This document shows positions 21,101 to 30,951 of a stretch of DNA of 64,000 nt, in pieces. The stretch lies in IMG/VR virus record IMGVR_UViG_3300027884_000001; one strand, written 5' to 3'. This DNA comes from an uncultured virus (IMG/VR IMGVR_UViG_3300027884_000001). Lineage: Duplodnaviria > Heunggongvirae > Uroviricota > Caudoviricetes. A program made the position numbers and the translations under genes. The notes beneath the pieces are model-generated. The model saw only the letters and a list, made by a program, of their open reading frames with translations. It did no database searches and was not told the DNA's origin. Numbering within the stretch: the first letter of the stretch is position 1; every line of letters starts with the position of its first letter.

Positions 21101-22831
21101 CGGCGTCGCGTTTCCGATGTCTCCGGTGTTCGTCAGCCACACGCCGGTGATGCCCGTGAACGTGCCGACGGTGTAGTAACCGCCGGCTGTTCCGCCTGCG
21201 GTGGGACCTCCAACGAAGACGGTTTGCTGCGTGGCCATCCACGCGTTGTCGACAACCGCTACGTCGACCGTACCGCCCACCGCCGGCTGAACGAAGTCTG
21301 CCGTCGTCGTGGTGAACGCATTGATTCCTGATGCGCCCGTCGGACCTGTAGGACCCGTCGCGCCCGCAGGACCGGTGGCGCCTGCAGGACCCGTCGGTCC
21401 GGTCGCACCAGCGGGTCCGGTAGCTCCCTGTGCACCCGTCGCGCCGGCTGGACCCGTCGGTCCCGTGGCGCCAGCGCTTCCTGTCGGGCCAGTGGGACCC
21501 GTCGCTCCGGCGGCACCGGTTGCCCCTTGCGCGCCGGTCGCACCCGTTGCCCCCTGGACGCCGCCAGGAGAAACCGGCGACGGTTGCAAGATCGTAGCGC
21601 CCGGCGTTGCGTTGCCAAGATCTCCTGTGTTGGTGAGCCAGACACCTGTGATCCCGGTGAAGGTGCCGACGGTGTAGTAGCCACCCGCGGTGCCGCCCGC
21701 CGTCGGTCCGCCGACGAACACCGTCTGCTGCGTCGCCATCCATGCGTCGTTGACAACAGCGACGAGCACGGTCGCTCCGGCCGCCGGCTGCACGAAGTCT
21801 GCGGTCGTCGTCGTGAACGCGTTGATACCGGACGCTCCGGTAGGTCCTGTCGGCCCGATCGGTCCTGTCGGACCCGTCGCTCCCGCGGGACCCGTGGGCC
21901 CCGTCGCGCCCTGGGCACCTGTGGCACCTGCAGGACCGGTGGCGCCTTGAGCGCCCGTGGCGCCAGCGGGTCCTGTCGCCCCTTGCGCGCCGGTAGCGCC
22001 TTGCGGTCCTGTAGGTCCCTGCGCGCCGGTCGCCCCAGCGGGCCCAGTGGGACCTGTCGCTCCCGCGGCTCCCGTCGCGCCAGCAGTTCCTGTTGCGCCG
22101 GTCGCGCCTTGCACGCCACCCGGCGACACGTCCGACGTCGCGCCGATCGTCGTACCTTGCGGCGCGTTGCCGATGTCGCCGGTGTTCGTGAAGACGCCAC
22201 CGGTCGTGCCGGTGACCGTGTCCGCGACGTAGTAGCCAGCGACCGTGGCGCCCGCCGTCGGTCCCGCGATGAAGACGACCTGCCCGATCGCGATCCATGC
22301 GCTCATCGCCATCGCGATGGCGACGGTTCCTCCAGCAGCCGGAGCTTGGAAGTCGGCGGTCGTGACGGTGAACGCGTTGATACCGCTCGCGCCCGTAGGA
22401 CCCGTCGGCCCTGTCGCGCCGGCCGCACCGGTGGGTCCGGTCGCGCCAGCAGGTCCCGTGGGACCCGCAGACCCTGTTGCACCTGCGGGTCCTGTGGGTC
22501 CGGTTGCGCCTGCGGCGCCAGTTGCACCCGCGGCGCCAGTGGGCCCCGTCGCACCCGCGGGTCCTGTCGCTCCCGCTGGACCGGTGGGTCCTGTCGCGCC
22601 AGCGGGACCTGTCGGACCCGTGGGGCCTGATCCGCTGGGACCCGTCGGGCCAGTCGGACCTGTAGGTCCTGTCGGCCCAGCGCCGCTCGGCCCCGTGGGC
22701 CCTGTCGGACCCGTCGCGCCCGTGGCGCCCGCGCCGCTTGGACCTGTGGGACCCGTCGGGCCCGTAGGACCTGTGGGACCAGTCGGGCCTGTCGGCCCAC
22801 CAGCAGTGCCTCCAAGAAGGATCTCCGCCAC
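18128..22831 (-). CDS. Collagen-like (GPT/GAT repeat) fibre protein, 1567 aa
   Basis: Long (G-P/A-T)n tracts alternate with five homologous modules starting 'GASGINAFT'; the fifth carries an inserted beta-rich domain; Gly-rich C-terminus. Confidence 0.9.
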   Translation of the reverse strand: MAEILLGGTAGGPTGPTGPTGPTGPTGPTGPSGAGATGATGPTGPTGPSGAGPTGPTGPTGPTGPSGSGPTGPTGPAGATGPTGPAGATGPAGATGPTGAAGATGAAGATGPTGPAGATGSAGPTGPAGATGPTGAAGATGPTGPTGASGINAFTVTTADFQAPAAGGTVAIAMAMSAWIAIGQVVFIAGPTAGATVAGYYVADTVTGTTGGVFTNTGDIGNAPQGTTIGATSDVSPGGVQGATGATGTAGATGAAGATGPTGPAGATGAQGPTGPQGATGAQGATGPAGATGAQGATGPAGATGAQGATGPTGPAGATGPTGPIGPTGPTGASGINAFTTTTADFVQPAAGATVLVAVVNDAWMATQQTVFVGGPTAGGTAGGYYTVGTFTGITGVWLTNTGDLGNATPGATILQPSPVSPGGVQGATGATGAQGATGAAGATGPTGPTGSAGATGPTGPAGATGAQGATGPAGATGPTGPAGATGPAGATGPTGPTGASGINAFTTTTADFVQPAVGGTVDVAVVDNAWMATQQTVFVGGPTAGGTAGGYYTVGTFTGITGVWLTNTGDIGNATPGATILQPSPVTPGGVQGATGATGATGAQGATGPTGPTGPTGPTGPTGPTGATGATGAAGATGATGPTGPTGASGINAFTTTTAGFTMPASGSSVQVALAQASWMAIGQEVFVGPGGTAGGTIGGYFSVLLPTGSTGAWLQNSGYPGNAATGVTILSPAPVVPAGIIGPTGATGSTGATGAAGATGPTGAAGATGPTGPTGSAGATGPTGPAGATGPTGPTGASGINAFTTTTTTYTQPLPGQTVLVGVVDNAWMALDQTVYVGPTGGGTGPTAGYYTVAGITTGITGVWLQNTGDLGNALGGPQYVQQTNFGQLSGNGLTGASAIFSQPQAAGDLIAVAIVIGGQTVGTVTDSAGNTYSPAASALTQGGSILQVWYAPGITGATGGNVVTVTTAGASSGTLFIQAAEYAGVTSASPVDVAIGTTGGGLTASSGHTTTTVARDLLFGVVASSGIPIVPGGGYAFRSPLNALLSIEDQTQATTGSTDASAILGASATWLAQLVAFKASAAAVIGEPYAVSPGGVRGATGATGATGATGSSGAAGATGATGPTGAAGATGPTGAQGATGPTGAAGATGPTGPTGVAGATGPTGPAGATGPAGPTGPTGAAGATGPTGPTAVGPTGPTGPTGPTGPGGGYSVTAVLFTTAGYTQWTPSGPTGGTFLARILGRPGAGGGGGGGGGHGATAGGATPGNNIAGGGGGGGFPGGAAFSQEVTLWLNFNQLYGMTIGAGGAGGAGGAGGTASLAAGQGGAGSTGANGALTAFGATSGGTTALIVFGQANENQTTTAQGGFGGGNGSGATGSAGAGGAVGTTGGWPYPSFWVPVLISNGIITGGAGGAGGGTGKVGIVGGAPSASVALTIFGITTAGLTSGPPSGGAPGASSGGGTITGAAGGGGGGAGGNAASADEYGPGGSTTGSGGYGGNGGAGGAGATGGVTASGQPGSAGATGFGGRGGGGGGGGGGAGIGGSGGWGGTGGAGGKGSDGLLLITF

Positions 22832-22914
22832 GCTCGAGTCACCTTACCCGCCGCATGTCCAGTCCACAATGCTTCGCGAGCCAGCTGGCTTTTGGCAGCT
22901 GCTTACCAGCTAGC

Positions 22915-23550
22915 TCACCGAGGTCGCGCGCGCGTGGGCGCTGCGTCAGCAGGCGCTGCGCTCGGCGGAGGCGGTGGCGGCGGCGGCAACGTGACAGCCG
23001 TGAACGTCGCTTCCGCTATCGGAGCGTGCGCGGAAGCTTCCGTCGGTACGAGCACAACCTTCGGCGGCGGCGAGCCCGTGACGAAGTGGCCGAGCGCCCA
23101 CGAGCTAACGATCGTTGCGACGATGACCGCAGCTCTCTTGGACAGAACGGAGGCGCCCGCGTCGAGCCACGCGGGTCGCAAGCTGCTGCTTCGGCTGCTG
23201 CGATGACGATCGCCGATGTCGAGGTTGAACTGCACGGGAACGGCCGGCGGGGTCGGCAGGCCCACCGCTGGCAGGATGTTGTGTCGCCCGGTGCCACTGG
23301 CTCCGCCGAATTCGCGTTCAGCGTTGCGTTCGCCGACGATTCTCGCGACCTTCTCTCGCGTCCGAGCGTGCGCGTCACGGACCTCGCCGATCTCGTCACG
23401 CAGCGCCGACGCGATCTCGGCGTCGTCGCGCGAGTGCGTGTCGAGCTTGTCGCCGACCTTGTCGACCTTGGCGTGCAGACCACTGATGCCGTCGCCGGTC
23501 TCCTTACGCATGTCCCGCAGAAGAGCAATGATCTCGTCTCGCTCTGCCAT
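22915..23550 (-). CDS. Coiled-coil, single-TM protein (possible lysis accessory)
   Basis: N-terminal heptads, TM 'AAVIVATIVSSWALG', Pro-rich tail; lies next to a muramidase candidate. Confidence 0.45.
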   Translation of the reverse strand: MAERDEIIALLRDMRKETGDGISGLHAKVDKVGDKLDTHSRDDAEIASALRDEIGEVRDAHARTREKVARIVGERNAEREFGGASGTGRHNILPAVGLPTPPAVPVQFNLDIGDRHRSSRSSSLRPAWLDAGASVLSKRAAVIVATIVSSWALGHFVTGSPPPKVVLVPTEASAHAPIAEATFTAVTLPPPPPPPPSAAPADAAPTRARPR

Positions 23551-23604
23551 GGCGTCTGAGGCCTATTCTGGCACGCCCCGCGATGGCTCAGCAAGCCAGC
23601 TGGC

Positions 23605-24255
23605 TCATGCTGCCGTGGCAAGCACAACGCGCCGACCGAGCTTGTCTGCCGTGGCGATGTTCACGTCGAACTCGACGCCGCCGATCACGATGGCTGGGTA
23701 GTGCTGCCTCATGGCCACGCCGCACACCGCGACGTTCCATGCGCCCGCAGCGCCCCAGTAGCAGTGCACGTCCGGCAGATCGTACAGTTCCTGCTCGGTC
23801 AAGCCCGGAGCGAAGCCCGTGTAGAGCAGCGGCGGCCGCGCGATCTGGTCGACCCACGTGTTGATCTCGCCAGAGACGTCGCCGTCGCAGTCCTCGTTGT
23901 CGTACGAGAGCTGCGAATCGTCTGGGTAGAGCACGAGATCGGCGTGCTGCTTGGCGGTCTGACCCTTCTTCAGTCCCTGCGCCACGGACGCGGTCCAGAC
24001 CGTCTTGCCAGGCGGAGCGGCAAGGCAATGTTGAACGAGGCCGAGCGCCGGAACATGGTCGAGGATCATGTCTGCCTCGACAGGATCGATGTCCTCGCGG
24101 GTATTGATCGTGTAGAGCGACACGTACCGCTCGATCCCGAAGACCGATCGACCATCCGCGTCTCGGTACGCGGCCACGGCGGCAAGAACGGCGGCCGTTA
24201 GCTTCGCATTGGTATCCAAAACGAGAGATCCATCAGGCACCACGATCGACTTCAT
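23605..24255 (-). CDS. DUF1906/GH25-like glycoside hydrolase, endolysin candidate
   Basis: 'LDT...RYVS....EA..I......LV...G...G..A...A....YD.ED...Y.G...D.N' pattern of the Rv2525c-like fold. Confidence 0.6.
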   Translation of the reverse strand: MKSIVVPDGSLVLDTNAKLTAAVLAAVAAYRDADGRSVFGIERYVSLYTINTREDIDPVEADMILDHVPALGLVQHCLAAPPGKTVWTASVAQGLKKGQTAKQHADLVLYPDDSQLSYDNEDCDGDVSGEINTWVDQIARPPLLYTGFAPGLTEQELYDLPDVHCYWGAAGAWNVAVCGVAMRQHYPAIVIGGVEFDVNIATADKLGRRVVLATAA

Positions 24256-24578
24256 CGCTGCGACCTACTTTTCTCGATGAGCGCCTCGATGGCGTGCTCA
24301 CGCTTGTCTCCCTCGAAGTTGGCGACGTTCTCGATGATGCGCTGCAACGCGCGCCGCTCTTCGAGGATCTCCGAACACCGGCGACTCGTGGCGTTGAAGT
24401 TGTCGACGAGCGCCACGAAGTCTCGCTCGGGTGTCACGGCGTTGACCACGAAGTGCGCGAGTGCGAGCGCCGCCTCGTTGTGGTTCTTGTGGACGTGATC
24501 GAGAACGGCCTGCGCGAGCTTGCGCCAGCCCTCGGTTGTCGTCGGATGCGCGGCGCCGCCGCTCGTGATGTCGCTCAT
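24252..24578 (-). CDS. Hypothetical protein
   Basis: ATGA-coupled to the downstream gene. Confidence 0.5.
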   Translation of the reverse strand: MSDITSGGAAHPTTTEGWRKLAQAVLDHVHKNHNEAALALAHFVVNAVTPERDFVALVDNFNATSRRCSEILEERRALQRIIENVANFEGDKREHAIEALIEKSRSQR

Positions 24579-24589
24579 ACCCCGGCCTC

Positions 24590-25255
24590 TTACGCGCTTG
24601 CTTGCTGGACGAACAGTCTCGCGTTGCTCGTGAGCCCAGGCAGCTGCGCGCCGGACTTGGTCGCCCAGAACTCGATGTAGATCCGCGTCTGCGCGCCGGC
24701 AATGTCCGCGGCCGGCCAGTTTGGTGGCGGCGTGCCGACCCAGACACCGTCGACCTCGAAGCCGCTCGGGCCGAGGTAGGTCTGCAAGTTGTCCACCGTG
24801 GGCGAGTTCTGCAGATCGGCAGCGCTGGCGACGTCGCTGAGGCGGTAGATGATGTTCGGCTGCAGCACCGTCGATGCCGCGATCTGCGTCCAGACGATGT
24901 TCGTGCCAGGCGGCGGGCTCGGGGGCGGCAAAGCAGGCGCCGCCGCGGGTCCAGGGACGAGCGACTTGTAGGCGGCGTGACCGAGAAACACGGCGCCGAC
25001 ACCGCCCAGACCGATGAGCGCCGTTGCCAGGCCGGCCGCGCGCAGCCGCTTGCTCGCGACCACGACTGCAAGACCTCCGAGGCTCGCTGTCCCTGTCCCG
25101 AACAGCGTGCCGCCCAGGGCGGTCATCTTCCGATCGCTGGGCATCTCCGCGCCAGCCGCCCCCACGATGGCGCCGATCCCCGCGGCGGCGGCCACGATGC
25201 CGAGACCCACCGCGATCGGATGCTTGACCGCGAGTGAGCTGGCTGGCTGGCCCAT
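24590..25255 (-). CDS. Three-TM membrane protein with soluble C-terminal domain
   Basis: Three Gly/Ala-rich hydrophobic segments and a Pro linker; start uncertain. Confidence 0.55.
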   Translation of the reverse strand: MGQPASSLAVKHPIAVGLGIVAAAAGIGAIVGAAGAEMPSDRKMTALGGTLFGTGTASLGGLAVVVASKRLRAAGLATALIGLGGVGAVFLGHAAYKSLVPGPAAAPALPPPSPPPGTNIVWTQIAASTVLQPNIIYRLSDVASAADLQNSPTVDNLQTYLGPSGFEVDGVWVGTPPPNWPAADIAGAQTRIYIEFWATKSGAQLPGLTSNARLFVQQASA

Positions 25256-25287
25256 CAAGGTCATCTTAGCGTACATTCGACCTGGAG

Positions 25288-25920
25288 ATGCAAGTCGCGC
25301 CCGTCGCCACGCCCTCGGATCCCGCGACCGTCGCGGGCGCAATGATCTGGGCGTACCAGTACGTCACCGGCCGGGCGCCGCCGTCGAAGTCTTCGTGGCT
25401 CATGCCGCTTGCCCAGAGCGCCTTCGAGACGGCGAACTGGCAGCAGATGTACAACAACAACGCTGGCTATATTTCGCAGCCGAACAAGAGCCAGACGTAC
25501 TACTTCCGCGGCAGCAATCCCGTGCCGTTCGCGGTCTACCCGACGCTCGGCCAGGGATGCGCAGCGCTCATTCGCTGGCTGCAGCGCACCGGCGCGCTCG
25601 CCGGGGCCGACGCCAACAACCTGCAGACCTATGGCGCGGCGCTGCAGAGCGGCGGCTACCTCGGTAGCGATCCGTCGCAGTACCCCGCCTACCTTGCAGG
25701 GATCCAGAGCGAGATGCAGCGCTACGCCAACGTCGTGCCGACGCCGTACAGCGAGTCGCCGACCGGTCCGTCGACGCCGTTCGGGCTGACCAACGGCCAG
25801 GCCATCGTGCTCGCTATCGGCGCACTGGCCGCTGCAGGCTTGGCCGCGTACTCGATCTCGCCACCGAAGCGATTGGGGGCGTGGCCTAGGGCGACACGGA
25901 CGCGGCGAAGGGCAGCGTGA
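25288..25920 (+). CDS. GH73/FlgJ-like glucosaminidase with C-terminal membrane anchor
   Basis: 'AQSAFET...NN.G.I...FAVYPT...G...L..GGY..DP..Y'; C-terminal TM plus basic tail. Confidence 0.75.
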   Translation: MQVAPVATPSDPATVAGAMIWAYQYVTGRAPPSKSSWLMPLAQSAFETANWQQMYNNNAGYISQPNKSQTYYFRGSNPVPFAVYPTLGQGCAALIRWLQRTGALAGADANNLQTYGAALQSGGYLGSDPSQYPAYLAGIQSEMQRYANVVPTPYSESPTGPSTPFGLTNGQAIVLAIGALAAAGLAAYSISPPKRLGAWPRATRTRRRAA

Positions 25921-25921
25921 C

Positions 25922-26479
25922 GTGCAGATCGTCGTCTTCCCTCTCGCGGTCGCCAAGTACACGATCTGCAGCGCGTTCGGCGATCCGCGCGGCAACGGCA
26001 CCACCCACCACGGCGTCGATCTCTGCGCGCCGATGGGAACGCCGGTGCTCGCCGTCAACAACGGCGTCGTGCGCTTCGGCACCGATCCGAAGGGCGGCAC
26101 CGTAGCTCTGCTCGCCGCCGACAGCGGTGGGACGTTTTACAACGCGCACCTGTCGGGCACCGAGGGCGTCAGCGGCCGGCGCGTGGAGCCCGGCGACATC
26201 ATCGGCTACGTCGGGATGTCGGGCAATGCGGCGACGACGCTGCCGCACCTGCACTTCGAGGCGTGGCCGACGGGCGTGTACACGACCTACATCGACCCCA
26301 CGCCGATGCTGCTCACTGCGCAGCGGTTCACGTCGCCGCCGGGTGCAGCGCCGGGACCGATGTCCACGCGTGAAGCGGTCGGTGTCGCGGTTGGGATCGT
26401 CGTCGCTGCCGGCGTGCTCGCGTTCGCGTTGTCACCCGACAGCAAGCCGGCTCGCAGAACGCGCACGCGACACGCTTGA
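25922..26479 (+). CDS. M23 family metallo-endopeptidase with C-terminal membrane anchor
   Basis: HHGVDL (HxxxD), YNAHL, 'G.SGNA...PHLHFE' (HxH); C-terminal TM plus basic tail. Confidence 0.9.
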   Translation: MQIVVFPLAVAKYTICSAFGDPRGNGTTHHGVDLCAPMGTPVLAVNNGVVRFGTDPKGGTVALLAADSGGTFYNAHLSGTEGVSGRRVEPGDIIGYVGMSGNAATTLPHLHFEAWPTGVYTTYIDPTPMLLTAQRFTSPPGAAPGPMSTREAVGVAVGIVVAAGVLAFALSPDSKPARRTRTRHA

Positions 26480-26565
26480 CCTGTGCGAGCCAGCTGATAG
26501 ATTCGACTCAACGATCGAGACGCGTCCTCCACGTGAGGCCACCTCCCGCTTCGTTGCGCTGGGCC

Positions 26566-26604
26566 GCTGCCCGCTCCCGAAAGGTGGCGGGCAGTTGCTT
26601 TTTT
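26566..26604 (+). terminator. Rho-independent terminator between the M23 gene and the CRISPR trailer
   Basis: CTGCCCGC...GCGGGCAG stem followed by TTGCTTTTTT. Confidence 0.7.
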
Positions 26605-26633
26605 GTATGGTCGAACTCGACATGCGCGCGCTT

Positions 26634-29600
26634 GTCTCCATGTTCGATCTCATGGAGCCTGAACGAGCTGCAGCGTCCCAACGCGTCTCCGCTACCTGAG
26701 TCTCCATGCCCGATCTCATGGAGCTTGATCTCAACGCAGCGCCCCAGGCTGACGAGAGCTACCGTTCGATCGCGACGTAGACGTCTCCATGCCCGATCTC
26801 ATGGAGCCTGATCTCGACGACCCCTGGGTACGACCAGGTGAGCGGTGTCCTCTATGTCTCCATGCCCGATCTCATGGAGCTTGATCTCGACGCCCTCCGG
26901 CTGGACCTCCAGCGGCGCGCAGAGCGGTCGTCTCCATGCCCGATCTCATGGAGCTTGATCTCGGATCGATGACGCCTGCTCCTGGCACGAAGTGTCTCCA
27001 TGCTCGATCTCACGGAGCTTGATCTCGACACGTTATGCACTCAGAGGACAAACTCCTCGACGCTTGGTCTCCATGCTCGATCTCATGGAGCCTGATCTCG
27101 ACAGGTCGTGGCGCCGTGGGACCAGATGAATCGGCGTTGTCTCCACGACCGATCTCATGGAGCCTGATTTCGACGTCACTGCTCGATGTGGGTACGGACG
27201 TCGCCATGGTCGTCTCCGTGCCTGGTCTCACGGAGCTTACAGGATCGCGCGGCCGGTGGAGTATGTCTCCATGCCCGATCTCATGGAGCCTGATCTCAAC
27301 GCACGCGCTCGTTCATGCGACACCCCGCAGTCTCCACGTTCGATCTCATGGAGCCTGATCTCGACTCGACCCGGACGAGGTCATCTGAGCCATGAGCACC
27401 ACGTCTCCATGCCCGATCTCATGGAGCTTGATCTCGACTATACGTACGCGGTCGCGGCTGTTCGTCTCCACGCTCGATCTCATGGAGCCTGATCTCGACT
27501 TGCCGCCGCCGTCGTAGGGGCCCTGTGGGATGCTGCGTCTCCATGCCCGATCTCATGGAGCCCGACTTCAACCAGATAGCGTGAACACCAGGACCCCAGA
27601 CACGAAGTGTCTCCATGGCCGATCTCATGGAGCCTGATCTCGACGACGAACGCGACGTGCGCCGCATCGAGTCCGGTGAGTCTCCATGTTCGATCTCATG
27701 GAGCTTGATCTCAACGCACGCGCTCGTTCATGCGACACCCCGCAGTCTCCATGTTCGGATCTCATGGAGCCTGATCTCGACTTGGTCCGACACTGGATCG
27801 ACCACCTGTCTCCATGACTGATCTCATGGAGCTTGACTGCGACACCCCTGGTCGTCTCCATGCTCGATCTCACGGAGCTTGATCTCGACGGCAGAGCCGC
27901 GACACGCACACGCGCGCCCGCACGCTCGTCTCCATGCCCGATCTCATGGAGCCTGATCTCGACAGACCACTGCTGGCCGGCGGTGGTTCGCTCGTATGGT
28001 CTCCATGCCCGATCTCATGGAGCCTGATCTCGACGAGGTAGCCCGTGAAAACGCAGCGTAGGAGGTCTGTCTCCATGCCCGATCTCATGGAGCCTGATCT
28101 CGACCATATGGACCTATTCTACAATGTACCACACTGAGGAGGTCTCCATGCCCGATCTCATGGAGCTTGATCTCGAGGAGCAGAGCGTCGAGGTGACGCA
28201 CAGAGTGGCGGCTGCGTCTCCATGCCCGATCTCATGGAGCTTGATCTCGAGTGGCTGGAGTGGCGGAACGGCAGACGCGGCGGTCTTTAGTCTCCATGCC
28301 CGATTTCATGGAGCCTGATCTCGACCGCGTTCACGCAGTACCTTCGCGTCTCCATGCCCGATCTCATGGAGCCTGATCTCGACGCCTCCGGCGTCAGGCG
28401 CAGCCGCGGCCCGGCGTGATCGTCTCCATGCCCGATCTCATGGAGCCTGATCTCGACCTGGTAGGGCGAGCCTTCGTCGCGGCAGTTGATGCTGTCTCCA
28501 TGCCAGATCTCATGGAGCCTGATCTCGACAGTTCGCGGCCGACGGTCACGAGTCGCCACCCTCCGGGTCTCCATGCCCGATCTCATGGAGCCTGATCTCG
28601 ACGTCCTACCCGCGCCAGCTCGCTGTGGGGCTGATGGTCGTCTCCATGCCCGATTTCATGGAGCCTGATCTCGACCTCCGAGCCATCAGGAACCGGGCCG
28701 ACCTCTCGACGTCTCCATGCCTGATTTCATGGAGCCTGATCTCGACTACTTTGTCGAGGGCGAAAAGGACGTCGACAGCCTGTGGTCTCCATGCCCGATC
28801 TCATGGAGCCTGATCTCGACGCGTCCAGCAAGCGCGCGAGGATCTGAGGACGGACCGGTGCGCCGTCTCCATGCCCGATCTCATGGAGCCTGATCTCGAC
28901 AGGTCGGCAGGAGCGACGGAGGGGAGGGAGGGGTCTGTCTCCATGCCCGATCTCATGGAGCCCGATCTCGACCTGCTCTCGCGCCGATGGTGGGCCACCG
29001 TTACCCCGTCTCCATGCCCGATCTCATGGAGCCCGATCTCGACGGACACGTGGGAGGGCAGCGGCGACACGGTGGAGTTGTCTCCATGCCCGATCTCATG
29101 GAGCCCGATCTCGACATGTTCATGGGGCCTCATGTTCTGCGGTATCCGGTGGTCTCCATGCCCGATCTCATGGAGCCCGATCTCGACCCGGATGTTCTCA
29201 CGCCACACTGGATCTGGCTGCCGTCTCCATGGTCGATCTCATGGAGCCTGATCTCGACGTCCCAAGTTGTCGACGGCCCCAAGCCGAAGGCCCTGTCTCC
29301 ATGGTCGATCTCATGGAGCCTGATCTCGACACAGTAGCCGTCCGGCAGGCTGCGGCAACCTTCACGAGGTCTCCATGGTCGATCTCATGGAGCCTGATCT
29401 CGACCCTGGTCGACGTGCTCGTGGTCGTGGAGGCGCCTTTGTCTCCATGGTCGATCTCATGGAGCCTGATCTCGACGAAGAAACAGGGCCGGCTCACGTG
29501 AGGTAAGGCACGTGTCTCCATGGTCGATCTCATGGAGCCTGATCTCGACTTCTCGCGAACCCGGGTCTCTCTGCCGACCATCACCCTGTCTCCATGGTCG

Positions 29601-30932
29601 ATCTCATGGAGCCTGATCTCGACTATGCGCCTGGTTTGATCGCGCATACGGGATGAACCTGTCTCCATGGTCGATCTCATGGAGCCTGATCTCGACTCGC
29701 GGCGATGACGGTCACCCCCCAGCAGCGTCACAAGTCTCCATGGTCGATCTCATGGAGCCTGATCTCGACTTGGTCCGATGACCAAGCTCACTGGACCGAC
29801 CACTTGTCTCCATGGTCGATCTCATGGAGCCTGATCTCGACGAGGCGCAGGCCGGCGACGACCCGACCTCTCAGGTGGTGTCTCCATGGTCGATCTCATG
29901 GAGCCTGATCTCGACACACGCTCACGGAGTTCGCAGAGCGCATCCGCACGTCGTCTCCATGGTCGATCTCATGGAGCCTGATCTCGACGGAGGCTAGGCT
30001 TTTGGGTCGCGCCCGGTGGTGTCGCGTCTCCATGGTCGATCTCATGGAGCCTGATCTCGACGCGTGCAGTGGTCGGCGCGTCAGTGCCGTCAGTAGCTTG
30101 TCTCCATGGTCGATCTCATGGAGCCTGATCTCGACACGAATCACCGCTGCAGCTGCCGGAGGCCGCGCGGGACGTCTCCATGGTCGATCTCATGGAGCCT
30201 GATCTCGACGCCAGGGATCTGGGGCGCGAGCGACCTCGCTGGGAGTGTCTCCATGGTCGATCTCATGGAGCCTGATCTCGACGAGGATGGCTAGTCGGGG
30301 TGTGATGTGCGCCGCTTGTCTCCATGGTCGATCTCATGGAGCCTGATCTCGACATGCCGCCCGCGGCGGCGTAGCCGTAGCCACAAATGGTCTCCATGGT
30401 CGATCTCATGGAGCCTGATCTCGACGCGGTTCACCCTGAGGAAGACGCGGGCAGTCTCGCTGTCTCCATGGTCGATCTCATGGAGCCTGATCTCGACACC
30501 TTGCTTGAGCGCCGCATGACGCCTGAGGAGTTGGTCTCCATGGTCGATCTCATGGAGCCTGATCTCGACGCCGTAGGGGTGGGGGTCGGGCGCGTCGACT
30601 AGTGTGCGTCTCCATGGTCGATCTCATGGAGCCTGATCTCGACGTCGACCGCCCGGTCGGCTACGTCATTGCTCGCTGAGTCTCCATGGTCGATCTCATG
30701 GAGCCCGATCTCGACGTCGATCGCGCCCCACGCGCTGCGCGCTCGCCTGCGTGTCTCCATGCCCGATCTCATGGAGCCCGATCTCGACCCAGCATGCCGG
30801 CGTGTTCCTCACCGAGCTTCATGAGTCTCCATGCCCGATCTCATGGAGCCCGATCTCGACCATCGAGGACCTGAAAGCCGGGTACTGGTCGGTTTTGTCT
30901 CCATGGTCGATCTCATGGAGCCTGATCTCGAC
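26634..30932 (-). CRISPR. CRISPR array, about 61 repeats of 36 bp and about 60 spacers (mostly 34-38 bp)
   Basis: Plus-strand repeat GTCTCCATG(CC/GT)CGATCTCATGGAGCC(T/C)GATCTCGAC, counted by hand. Minus-strand form GTCGAGATCAGGCTCCATGAGATCGACCATGGAGAC has a 7-bp CTCCATG/CATGGAG hairpin near its 3' end. Repeats decay toward 26634 (trailer). Confidence 0.98.
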
Positions 30933-30951
30933 AGGTCGCGCACAACCGTAG

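Noticed and set aside
18138..22913. Long alternative-frame and antisense ORFs over the collagen gene
   Set aside because: Shadow ORFs caused by the GC-rich 9-bp periodic repeat.
26480..26633. Possible tracrRNA/scoutRNA beside the array trailer
   Set aside because: No extended anti-repeat. The hairpin is explained as a terminator and the ATGGTCGAACTCGAC stretch as a decayed repeat remnant.
26634..30932. Self-targeting spacers within the window
   Set aside because: None noticed by eye, but this was not exhaustive and needs a computed alignment.
26476..30951. Numerous short ORFs with repeating 'SPCPISWSLIST', 'MPDLMEPDLD' or 'VEIRLHEIGHGD' peptides
   Set aside because: These are translations of the CRISPR repeats, not genes.
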